Origin: an uncultured Peptostreptococcaceae bacterium
GTDB lineage: Bacteria > Bacillota > Clostridia > Peptostreptococcales > Acidaminobacteraceae
NCBI GenBank assembly: GCA_964346475.1
Contig: CAYFUM010000002.1
Span: forward strand, 23,094-87,093
DNA: 64,000 bases
Reading direction: 5' to 3'
This document shows positions 18,468 to 26,788 of the stretch, piece by piece. Position 1 is the first letter of the stretch. The number at the start of each line of letters is the position of its first letter. The position numbers were made by a program, and so were the translations under genes. The notes beneath the pieces are model-generated. The model was not told the origin of the DNA, searched no databases, and worked only from the letters and a program-made list of their open reading frames with translations.

Positions 18468-19529
18468 CTAAAAATCTAATTCAATTAATTCTTTACTTGA
18501 TTTGGATAAGACTTCATGGGAATCTTCAGTTACATAGACCAAATCCTCAATTCTAACACCACCAAAATCTGTTATATAGATACCCGGTTCATCGGTCATT
18601 ACCATACCCGCCTCCAAAATTGTATCATCGATTTGGTTGAAACGGGGATTTTCATGAACCTCTAAACCGATTGAGTGGCCAAGACCGTGGCCGAAGTTTT
18701 CTCCATAGCCAGCATCACCTATAATATCCCTAGCAACCTTATCCACATCAGAACAGACAGCGCCGGGTTTTATTGCCTTTAGGGCTTCCTTTTGGGCTTT
18801 GAGCACAAGCTCGTAGATCTCCCTTTGCCTATCGCTGGCTTTGCCGATACAAATTGTCCTGGTCATATCAGAACAGTAGCCCTTATAGACACAGCCAAAA
18901 TCCAAGGTTAAGAAGTCGCCCTTTTCAATAATCTTGTCACTGGCTCTTCCATGGGGCAGGGCTCCTCTTTTACCTGAGGCTACTATTGCGGTAAAGGACT
19001 CCCCTGAGGCGCCTCTAGCTGTAAGCTGATTGACAAGTTCCAGATATACCTCTCTTTCACTCATACCAGGTTTTATATAGTCAAGCATATAGGTAAAGGT
19101 GTCATCGGCTATGGCCTGAGCCTTTCTCATTAAATCAATTTCATCATCCCTTTTTATCTGACGAATTTTTTCAATAAAGCGGCCCATGGGAAGAAGCTCC
19201 CCTTTGAAGTCTTTTTTTAGAATGTCTAAGGCCTCTACTGTCATGAAGTCCTCTTCAAAACCAAGCTTTTCCAGTCCCAGTTCTTCTAGTACCTGACCAA
19301 GAGACCTGGTAGTGGAGATCTCTATAATCTCATAGCCGGGACATTCTTCTTTTACCTGGGAAATATACCTAAAATCAGTTATGAAATAGGCCCCTTCCCT
19401 CAGTATAAGCGCATAGCCAGTTGAGCCAGTAAAACCACTCACATAGAAACGATTTTCAGGTTTGTAAAAAAACGCGCCTTCAATTGATAATTCATCAAAA
19501 TAACTTCGGATTTGATCTAATGTATTCAA
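18468..19529 (-). CDS. Xaa-Pro aminopeptidase/dipeptidase (M24B family)
   Basis: 353 aa with metal-ligand blocks [16 protein letters not shown] and [13 protein letters not shown]. It has a TTG start with AGGAG 6 nt upstream and pairs with efp as in many Firmicutes. Confidence 0.85.
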   Translation of the reverse strand: MNTLDQIRSYFDELSIEGAFFYKPENRFYVSGFTGSTGYALILREGAYFITDFRYISQVKEECPGYEIIEISTTRSLGQVLEELGLEKLGFEEDFMTVEALDILKKDFKGELLPMGRFIEKIRQIKRDDEIDLMRKAQAIADDTFTYMLDYIKPGMSEREVYLELVNQLTARGASGESFTAIVASGKRGALPHGRASDKIIEKGDFLTLDFGCVYKGYCSDMTRTICIGKASDRQREIYELVLKAQKEALKAIKPGAVCSDVDKVARDIIGDAGYGENFGHGLGHSIGLEVHENPRFNQIDDTILEAGMVMTDEPGIYITDFGGVRIEDLVYVTEDSHEVLSKSSKELIELDF

Positions 19530-19602
19530 AATATTCTCCTTTTTACCAAGCTATGTATAGTTTACCATAGCTATCTAGGTAAACTCAAACAATGATTTAA
19601 AA

Positions 19603-20820
19603 TTAAATCTTCCGCATTAAATCTCTAAAGTTAAGCTTCTCTTCACAGGGAATATAGACAATCTGTTCTGGATGGGGAGCACTCTCTATTGGTTTTCTAT
19701 CCTCATCGAGAATCTCCTTTAATTCTACTTCTATACAAGAGAAATTAGGACCGATAAACTGGACTTTATCCCCCAATTTAAACTTGTTTCTTTGCTGGAT
19801 TTTGAGGTAGCCAGTCTCCTTATCATAGTCAAGTACCACCCCGAGAAAATCAGCCACCCGATTAAAGGTCCTTGCCTGGTAGAGTTGGTCTTCTTCAGTG
19901 GGTTTTCTTAAGAAAAAGCCCTGGGTAAAGTCCCTATGGGAAACCCTGGCTATTTCTTCAAAGAGCTCCTGGCTTTCTAGCTGCCTATTAGCTTGAATCC
20001 TGTCCAGGCCCTCTCTATAGGCTCTCACAATGGAGGCTACATAGTAGATAGACTTATTTCTGCCTTCAATTTTCAGACTGACAACCCCTGTATCTATGAT
20101 TTCCCTTAGTATATCGATGGTGCAAAGGTCCTTGCTATTGTAGAGGTAGGTGCCCTTCTCATCTTCAAAGACAGGATAATACTCTCCTGGACGTTTTTCC
20201 TCCATCAAATGATAGCTCCAGCGGCAGGGCTGGGCGCAATCGCCCTTGTTTGCATCTCTTCCCGTAAGGAAATTACTTATAAGACACCTGCCACTATAGG
20301 AAATACACATAGCGCCATGGATAAAGACCTCATATTCCAGATCCAGGTCCGAGGTTTTATCAACTATTTCCTTGATTTCCACCAGACTAAGTTCCCTGGC
20401 AAGGATTATCCTCTTTACTCCCTGGGAGTGCCAAAACCTGGCAGACATTGCATTGGTGGTATTGGCCTGGGTGGAAAGGTGAATTTCAACATCCCCTAGG
20501 ATCTCCCTGACCATCATAAGAGTTCCTGGATCAGAAAGGATATAGGCATCAAAACCTAGATCCTTAATTTGATTTAAATAAACCCTAAGCTCTTCTAAAT
20601 CTTCATTATGGGGGATGATGTTAAGGACGAGATAGATCCTCTTACCCAGGCTATGGACCTCCTCTACAGCTAATTTCATCTCCTCTAGGGTGAAGTTCTT
20701 TGACTGCTGTCTTAGGCCAAATACCTCTCCAGCCATATATACCGCATCAGCCCCATAGTGGAGGGCATACCTCATCTTTTCTAAATCACCAGCTGGTGCC
20801 AGTAGTTCAATTTTTCTCAT
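19603..20820 (-). CDS. U32-family protein (peptidase U32 / TrhP-RlhA-type RNA hydroxylation factor)
   Basis: 405 aa with the U32 signature EVFIHGAMCISYSGRC. It sits after mltG-trmR, like B. subtilis yrrL-yrrM-yrrN-yrrO. Confidence 0.8.
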   Translation of the reverse strand: MRKIELLAPAGDLEKMRYALHYGADAVYMAGEVFGLRQQSKNFTLEEMKLAVEEVHSLGKRIYLVLNIIPHNEDLEELRVYLNQIKDLGFDAYILSDPGTLMMVREILGDVEIHLSTQANTTNAMSARFWHSQGVKRIILARELSLVEIKEIVDKTSDLDLEYEVFIHGAMCISYSGRCLISNFLTGRDANKGDCAQPCRWSYHLMEEKRPGEYYPVFEDEKGTYLYNSKDLCTIDILREIIDTGVVSLKIEGRNKSIYYVASIVRAYREGLDRIQANRQLESQELFEEIARVSHRDFTQGFFLRKPTEEDQLYQARTFNRVADFLGVVLDYDKETGYLKIQQRNKFKLGDKVQFIGPNFSCIEVELKEILDEDRKPIESAPHPEQIVYIPCEEKLNFRDLMRKI

Positions 20821-21428
20821 AATTTTTCTCCGATTAAAAGACCGTCATCTATATCTATAATGGTGGCGTGAAACTCTCTAAAGACCAGGTCTAAAAACTC
20901 CTTCATGCGTTTTTGAAGGGTCCTGTGGCGTCTTTTATTTTCTAAATCATAGCTAAGTCCTCTGGCAAGGATATTATCAGCAATCAAGATACTCCCCCTA
21001 GGCATAAGAAGCAGTGCCCTTTCTAAGAAGTGTACGTAGTGGGGCTTGGAACCATCGAGAAAGAGCAGGTCAATACTTTCCTCCCGCTTGTCCAGATAAT
21101 CCTGGGCCTCCATGTTAAAAAAACTAACTTTGGGACTAACCAAAAAGCTTTTTGCCCTCTCATACCTTGGAAGGTATCTCTCTATGCTGATAATATTAGC
21201 CTGGGGCAAAAGAATGTGGAGAAATTTAGTAGAATAGCCAAATCCACTACCTATCTCCACAACTTCTCCAATAGATTTATTTTTTAGATAAAAGGAGATG
21301 AACTCCCCTATCTCATTGCTAATAACATTGACCCCTTCTTCTAGAGCGCTTGCCCTAAGCCCTTCATCTTTAAAGACAAGGTTAGTCTGATAGTTTTCTA
21401 GGAAGGCTTTTTTTTCACTAGTCTCCAT
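20817..21428 (-). CDS. trmR: SAM-dependent O-methyltransferase, YrrM/TrmR-like (tRNA 5-hydroxyuridine methyltransferase candidate)
   Basis: Class I methyltransferase glycine loop VVEIGSGFGYST and LLFLDGSKPHY, which are catechol-O-MT-like. The likely start is METSEKK at 21428; the track ORF's 24-codon N-extension lies inside mltG. Confidence 0.7.
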   Translation of the reverse strand: METSEKKAFLENYQTNLVFKDEGLRASALEEGVNVISNEIGEFISFYLKNKSIGEVVEIGSGFGYSTKFLHILLPQANIISIERYLPRYERAKSFLVSPKVSFFNMEAQDYLDKREESIDLLFLDGSKPHYVHFLERALLLMPRGSILIADNILARGLSYDLENKRRHRTLQKRMKEFLDLVFREFHATIIDIDDGLLIGEKL

Positions 21429-22431
21429 GATTTTCCCCTGAGCGCAGGATATTTTCTTCATGCTCTTCAAAGGTATTTGCAAAATAATGAGTAGTTGCAT
21501 CTTCGCTTTTTAGAACGAAGAAGAAATAGTCTGTATCCGCTGGATAGAGGGCTGCCTCAATACTGGCACTACCTGGATTAGCAATGGGCGCTGGAGGTAA
21601 ACCTGCATTAATATAGGTGTTATAGTCAGATTCGATAGCCATATCATCATAGCTGAGGATGGGCTTTCTTTCCTTGAGAATATACTGGACTGTGGCGCAG
21701 CTCTCAAGCATCATGCCATCCTCTATTCGGTTATGGAATACGCTGGAAATTATAGACCTTTCCTCGGAATCAGCTGCCTCCCTCTCTATAATACTCGCCA
21801 GAGTTATAAGACCATTTAGGTCTAGGGACAGCTCCTCCATACGGCTGTAGTAGTCGGCATTGAACCTATTTTCAAAGTTAACTAGCATTTTGTCTACAAT
21901 ATCCTCTTCACTACTGTCTATAAAGAATTCGTAGGTATCAGGGAAGAGGAAACCTTCGAGATGGTGGCTTCTATTAATGCCCTGAAGAAAGTCATAATTA
22001 AAGTCATGATTTTCCAGGACGTCATAGAATCTCTCCCTATCAATAAGGCCCAGGTCCTCAAGAAGATCTGCTATATGGCGGACCTCATAGCCTTCGGGTA
22101 TGGTTACAGTGATAGTTTCAGTGCTTTTAATTTCTATTAGATTATCAACTAATTCCTTCATGCTCATAGAAGGACTTAGTTCAAAAGTCCCTTCCTGAAG
22201 ATAGCTATCGTAACCCATTTCCTTTAAATATCCTGTAAAAGCTCTAGTATTTGAAACCAGATTATTATCACTCAGTAGCTGGCCAAGTTCCGATGGAGAC
22301 ATTCCTGCCGTTACTTGGATCTCAATAAGTGATTTATCCTCAAAATCGACGGGTTCATATAAAGATTCCTTTATAGCAGAACAGCCTCCGATGAGTAAGG
22401 TTATAAGGATAAGAATTATAATCTTTTTCAT
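21418..22431 (-). CDS. mltG: endolytic murein transglycosylase MltG (YceG-like)
   Basis: 337 aa with an N-terminal membrane anchor (KKIIILILITLLIGGC) and YceG blocks ASIIEREA and GLPPAPIANPG. Confidence 0.85.
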   Translation of the reverse strand: MKKIIILILITLLIGGCSAIKESLYEPVDFEDKSLIEIQVTAGMSPSELGQLLSDNNLVSNTRAFTGYLKEMGYDSYLQEGTFELSPSMSMKELVDNLIEIKSTETITVTIPEGYEVRHIADLLEDLGLIDRERFYDVLENHDFNYDFLQGINRSHHLEGFLFPDTYEFFIDSSEEDIVDKMLVNFENRFNADYYSRMEELSLDLNGLITLASIIEREAADSEERSIISSVFHNRIEDGMMLESCATVQYILKERKPILSYDDMAIESDYNTYINAGLPPAPIANPGSASIEAALYPADTDYFFFVLKSEDATTHYFANTFEEHEENILRSGENHGD

Positions 22432-22433
22432 TT

Positions 22434-22757
22434 TTACTCCATTATTTCAGCTAGGATTTCCGATACGTCCTGCATAAGCCTGGCATAGCCAAACTCTGCT
22501 TTTAAATATTCTCCGGCCTTATCGTTCATAGAAAGGATGGAATAGAGCTTTTGAATCTTGTCCATTTCCTCATCTTTGACTTCTTCGCCTAGCATTTCCT
22601 TCTTTTGTAACTCAAATTGTTTTTCCCTAAAATCATCCACCATGGCCTTGGCAGATTCATCAGCCTCAATTATCTTTTTAGCTTCTAAATACTTCTTAAA
22701 TTCCTGGCTATTTTCGATAGCTTTTTTTAGCTCTCTAGCCTTATCATATGGATTCAT
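22434..22757 (-). CDS. YlbF/YmcA (UPF0342) family protein
   Basis: 107-aa helical protein (ARELKKAIENSQEFKKYLEAKK...). This is a family-level resemblance only. The start codon abuts the rnj stop with 0 nt between them. Confidence 0.65.
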   Translation of the reverse strand: MNPYDKARELKKAIENSQEFKKYLEAKKIIEADESAKAMVDDFREKQFELQKKEMLGEEVKDEEMDKIQKLYSILSMNDKAGEYLKAEFGYARLMQDVSEILAEIME

Positions 22758-24455
22758 CTAAACCTCCAAAATAAACACAAGAATCATGGGCCTTCTCTTA
22801 GTTTTATTGTAGAAAAAGCGGCTTAAATTCTTTCTGGTGCTATTTTTTATCTGCGACCAGTCACTTCTAGTTGCACTACTCATGGAACCTATTTCACTAG
22901 TCACCACTGCCTTAGCTTCGTCTATTAGATCCGTTGACTCCTTCATATAGATGAAGCCCCTGGATATAATATCGGGTTCCCTGATTAGTTTTCCATTATC
23001 AGAGTCAATGGTTAAAAGGACCATTAATAAACCATCCTCTGAAAGTTGTTTTCTATCCCTTAGTACTGCAGTTCCAACATCACCGACAATTGCCCCATCG
23101 ATGAGAATCCTGCCTGCTGGAACCTTCTGTCCTGTTTTTAATCTACCGCCATTTAACTCTATTACATGGCCATTTTCTGCAAGTATTACATCCTTGGGAC
23201 TCATGCCCATGTTGATTGCTAGGTCAGCATGGTGTTTTAACATAGAGTACTCGCCGTGGACTGGCATAAAATACCTGGGCTTTGTTAGAGCCAGCATAAG
23301 TTTTAGTTCTTCTCTTCTAGCGTGGCCACTGACATGGACGTCATAGAGCTCTTGATAGATTACCTTTACCCCCATTTCAAAGAGTCTATTGATTACATTG
23401 CTTACACTTCTCTCATTACCTGGAATTGGTGAAGAAGAAAGTATAACCATGTCTCCCTTTTTAATTTGAATTTGGGAATGGGTATTATCAGCCATCCTGG
23501 TGAGGGCTGCCATAGGTTCACCCTGGCTACCCGTAGACATAATGGCTATCTCATTATCCGGATATTTATTTACATCTGCAATATCAATAATATCCTCCTT
23601 GGGGATATTAAGATAACCTAAATCCATGGCTATTTTTGTAATAGTGTGCATACTTCTTCCAGTGAAGGCGACCTTCCTGTTATTTAGTCTAGCCGCATTA
23701 CAGACCTGCTGGATCCTCTGGACATTGGATGCAAAGCTTGCAACAAAGATTCTAGAGTCAGCCCCTCTAAAGAGCTTATCAAAGTTGGAACCAACAGTTG
23801 ACTCACTCATGGTATAGCCCTCCCTCTCAACGTTGGTTGAGTCACTAAGAAGGAGGTCTATCCCTTCATTACCCAGAGCTCCAAAACGGGCAAGGTCAAT
23901 TGCAGGGCAGCCAACAGGTGTAAAATCCACCTTAAAGTCCCCAGTTATAAGGACCTTGGCTGCAGGTGTCTTTATAAGAAGGGACACTGAATCGGGAATA
24001 GAGTGATTGACATGGATCATCTCTACATTAAAGGGCCCAATGTCAAAGACATCTCCAGCCTTTTTTTCATGTAGGATAACATTGGGTTTACCGTGTTCTT
24101 TTATCTTGTGTTGTATTAGTCCCTTAGTAAAGGGAGTAACATAGAGGGGCAAGGATAATTTATCAAGTAGATAGGGCACAGCACCTATGTGGTCTTCATG
24201 GCCGTGGGTGAAGACTGCTCCTCTGATTTTTTTTGCATTATTTTCCAGATAACTTAAATCTGGAATTACAACATCCACTCCTAAAAGGTCCTCTTCAGGA
24301 AACATTATTCCGGCGTCTACAATGATTATGTCATCACCGTATTCAAAAACCGTCATATTTTTGCCTATTTCCTTAAGGCCTCCCAGGGGTATCACCTTCA
24401 GTGAATGATTAATTTTCTTTTTTTTATTCTGTCTTTTATTTTTTTGCTTACTCAT
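22758..24455 (-). CDS. rnj: ribonuclease J
   Basis: Metallo-beta-lactamase/beta-CASP RNase with THGHEDHIG and VSGHARREE blocks. The likely start is MSKQKNKRQ at 24455; the track ORF starts at 24494 inside the fur gene. Confidence 0.9.
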   Translation of the reverse strand: MSKQKNKRQNKKKKINHSLKVIPLGGLKEIGKNMTVFEYGDDIIIVDAGIMFPEEDLLGVDVVIPDLSYLENNAKKIRGAVFTHGHEDHIGAVPYLLDKLSLPLYVTPFTKGLIQHKIKEHGKPNVILHEKKAGDVFDIGPFNVEMIHVNHSIPDSVSLLIKTPAAKVLITGDFKVDFTPVGCPAIDLARFGALGNEGIDLLLSDSTNVEREGYTMSESTVGSNFDKLFRGADSRIFVASFASNVQRIQQVCNAARLNNRKVAFTGRSMHTITKIAMDLGYLNIPKEDIIDIADVNKYPDNEIAIMSTGSQGEPMAALTRMADNTHSQIQIKKGDMVILSSSPIPGNERSVSNVINRLFEMGVKVIYQELYDVHVSGHARREELKLMLALTKPRYFMPVHGEYSMLKHHADLAINMGMSPKDVILAENGHVIELNGGRLKTGQKVPAGRILIDGAIVGDVGTAVLRDRKQLSEDGLLMVLLTIDSDNGKLIREPDIISRGFIYMKESTDLIDEAKAVVTSEIGSMSSATRSDWSQIKNSTRKNLSRFFYNKTKRRPMILVFILEV

Positions 24456-24888
24456 TTTTCTCCATTCTTTTTTTACACTGGCGGCAAACTCCATAGAAAA
24501 TAAGGCTATGATCCTCTATCTTAAAATCATATTCTTGACTTAATTCTGCCTCCAGCTTATCTAAAAAATCCCCATGAACCTCTTCAACAGCTTTACAATA
24601 ATTACAAATCAAATGATGGTGATGGTGGAGCGTTTGTTTCAACTCGTAGCGATCTAGTCCATCACCTATGTCGATCTTTGTAAGCAAATTCAGTCCTTCC
24701 AGCAGCCTAACATTTCTATAAACCGTTGCTTGGCTGATTAAGAAACCTTCATTGTTAACCAGGTCATAGATTTCCTCAATAGTATGATGATCCTGGGTTT
24801 TCTCCAGTACCAAGGCTATTTTTTCTCTAGGCCTAGTTATCTTGTAACCCTGTTCTTTTAATTTCTTTAATATGGGGGATTTATTCAT
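24448..24888 (-). CDS. Fur-family metalloregulator (Fur/Zur/PerR type not resolved)
   Basis: 146 aa with a winged helix (ATVYRNVRLLEGLNLL), a His-rich regulatory site HHHHHLICNYC, and a second CxxC (CRQC). Confidence 0.85.
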   Translation of the reverse strand: MNKSPILKKLKEQGYKITRPREKIALVLEKTQDHHTIEEIYDLVNNEGFLISQATVYRNVRLLEGLNLLTKIDIGDGLDRYELKQTLHHHHHLICNYCKAVEEVHGDFLDKLEAELSQEYDFKIEDHSLIFYGVCRQCKKRMEKNE

Positions 24889-24889
24889 T

Positions 24890-25180
24890 TTATTCTAGTT
24901 CTTCGTAGAAGGCCTTGACTTCTTCAAACTCCTCTTCACTGGGTGTTATAAAGACATATTCGCCTTCTTCTTCGATGCTCTCAAATAGCAGACCCTCGTC
25001 ATCCTCATCCAGAAGGACAGCATAGAGTTTGCCCTTGTATTCAAACCACTCTTCTAGTCTAAATGTAACAACATTGCCTTCTTCGTCTATTAATTCTATT
25101 TCATCTATTTCATGAATATGATCGTGATCATGGTCATGGTCGTGGTCGTGGTCTATTTCTTCTAAATTAAAATCCTTCAT
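24890..25180 (-). CDS. DUF1292-like small acidic protein with an N-terminal (Asp-His)6 tract
   Basis: 96 aa. The core IELIDEEGNVVTFRLEEWFEYKGKLYAVLLDEDD resembles the YrzB/DUF1292 family that follows ruvX in Firmicutes. The DHDHDHDHDHDH tract is encoded at 25118-25153. Confidence 0.7.
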   Translation of the reverse strand: MKDFNLEEIDHDHDHDHDHDHIHEIDEIELIDEEGNVVTFRLEEWFEYKGKLYAVLLDEDDEGLLFESIEEEGEYVFITPSEEEFEEVKAFYEELE

Positions 25181-25184
25181 TTTA

Positions 25185-25622
25185 CTAGGCTCCTTTATTT
25201 TTTAAATAATCCTCTAATATAAGACTAGCTGCCAGTGAATCAATTATTTCCCTTCTTTTTTTTCTGGAAACATCCTGGCCAATTAAAATCTCACTGGCTT
25301 GACTTGTTGTATTTCTCTCATCCCATAGTATAACTGGAGGTCTATTTTCCAGTCTATTCGTATATCTAATTTTCTTTTCCAAAGCCTTTTTAAAGGACAG
25401 AACCTTCAACATAGAGTCCCCCAGACTATCATCCATATTGTAGGGGGCACCAAGTACAATAAGTTCTATATCCTCTTTTGGAATAAGGTCTATGATTTCA
25501 TCAATTATCTGTGAATTACTCCGCCTTCTTAAATAAGGCCGAGTAAAGGAGAATTTCTCCTCCCTATCAGATATTGCAACTCCTACCCTTTTTTCACCAT
25601 AATCCAGTGCTAAAATTATCAT
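25185..25622 (-). CDS. ruvX: Holliday-junction-resolvase-like pre-16S rRNA nuclease RuvX (YqgF)
   Basis: 145 aa with N-terminus [19 protein letters not shown] and WDERNTTSQA. Confidence 0.9.
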   Translation of the reverse strand: MIILALDYGEKRVGVAISDREEKFSFTRPYLRRRSNSQIIDEIIDLIPKEDIELIVLGAPYNMDDSLGDSMLKVLSFKKALEKKIRYTNRLENRPPVILWDERNTTSQASEILIGQDVSRKKRREIIDSLAASLILEDYLKNKGA

Positions 25623-26536
25623 TATATGACCTTGATATAAAAATCTTCACAGGTTTGAACACAGTAGCTGCATAGAACACAGCGAGTCTCATCCACCACA
25701 GCCCTTCCATCTATAAGACTGAGGGCGGCCTGCTGACACCTTGCAACACATTTCCCACATCCAATACAGTAGGGATCGATAATCAGCCTTCGGCTTTTTT
25801 CTACAGACCTGCTGCTGATCTTGCCTTCCATGACAGCAGCTAGATTGGCATCTACTTCCTCCCTGGACTGCATTCCTATGGCAAGAGCGTCAATGGAATC
25901 GAGACCAAGCACATATTCTAGGGCTTCACCGTAATTTTTTAAGAGGTGACCTCCACCAAGGGCCTTCATTGCAAATATGAACTTGCCCTTTTTCTTAGCA
26001 TAGACAAGTGCTTCTTCCATATCCTCTCTACTGCCACCTATTATTCCTAGGCCTGCCTTATTAATGATAGGATGAATCACCTCTATAAGGGGATGCTCAG
26101 CGCCAGCTAAAACGCCCTGCACATAGTGGGTACTCATGCCTAGATGGCGGATGAAACCCTTCTTTTTCATTTCTGAGAAATACTCCAGAGCCTCGCCATG
26201 GCCTCTAAGGGTATGCTCACTTTCCTGTTCATGGAGCATCAAAATATCAACATAGTCTATCCCCATTCCCTCTAAGGCCTTTTCCAAGGATTCTTGGGCA
26301 GTTTTTTTGTCATAGGCATAGCACTTTGTTGAAACATAGATTTCTTCCCTTGGAAGCTCCCTGTTAAAAAATTCTTTAAAGAGGTGATAGGATTCGTAGA
26401 TTTCAGCAGTATCAAAAAAGTTAATTCCCTTACTAAATGCATATTCCATAAGATCGGCAGCCCTTGCAGGAGAAAAATTCTGCTGCAAGGGACTTATTGT
26501 CAAGGCACCAAAGCAGAGCTTTGAGAGTCTATCCAT
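25622..26536 (-). CDS. aldo/keto reductase fused to a C-terminal 2x[4Fe-4S] ferredoxin domain
   Basis: 304 aa. The AKR barrel ([22 protein letters not shown]) is followed by [11 protein letters not shown] and [11 protein letters not shown]. Confidence 0.8.
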   Translation of the reverse strand: MDRLSKLCFGALTISPLQQNFSPARAADLMEYAFSKGINFFDTAEIYESYHLFKEFFNRELPREEIYVSTKCYAYDKKTAQESLEKALEGMGIDYVDILMLHEQESEHTLRGHGEALEYFSEMKKKGFIRHLGMSTHYVQGVLAGAEHPLIEVIHPIINKAGLGIIGGSREDMEEALVYAKKKGKFIFAMKALGGGHLLKNYGEALEYVLGLDSIDALAIGMQSREEVDANLAAVMEGKISSRSVEKSRRLIIDPYCIGCGKCVARCQQAALSLIDGRAVVDETRCVLCSYCVQTCEDFYIKVI

Positions 26537-26780
26537 TATTCTCTAGGAAGTTCTTTAGGAGAATCTCTAGAATTTCATCTCGATCGACCTGCTTTATTAT
26601 TATCCGGGCATCATTATGGCTAGTAATATAGGTGGGGTCTCCAGAAATTAAATAGCCAACCAACTGATTTACTGGATTATAACCCTTGTCCACCAGTGCT
26701 TTATAGACTTTATTTAATACTTCCCTTGTCGCCTGGCTCTTTAAATCCTGGTTATTAAATCTTTGTGTATGGTTATTCAT
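26529..26780 (-). CDS. ireB: IreB-family regulatory phosphoprotein (UPF0297, YrzL-like)
   Basis: 83 aa with [39 protein letters not shown], the family signature. It lies directly downstream of alaS. Confidence 0.85.
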   Translation of the reverse strand: MNNHTQRFNNQDLKSQATREVLNKVYKALVDKGYNPVNQLVGYLISGDPTYITSHNDARIIIKQVDRDEILEILLKNFLENNG

Positions 26781-26788
26781 AAGGCCTC

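Noticed and set aside
25118-25153. Short tandem hexanucleotide repeat, checked as a possible CRISPR or minisatellite.
   Set aside because: It is six in-frame GAY-CAY units inside a CDS encoding (Asp-His)6. It has no spacers and is not a CRISPR array. No other repeat arrays were seen in the window.
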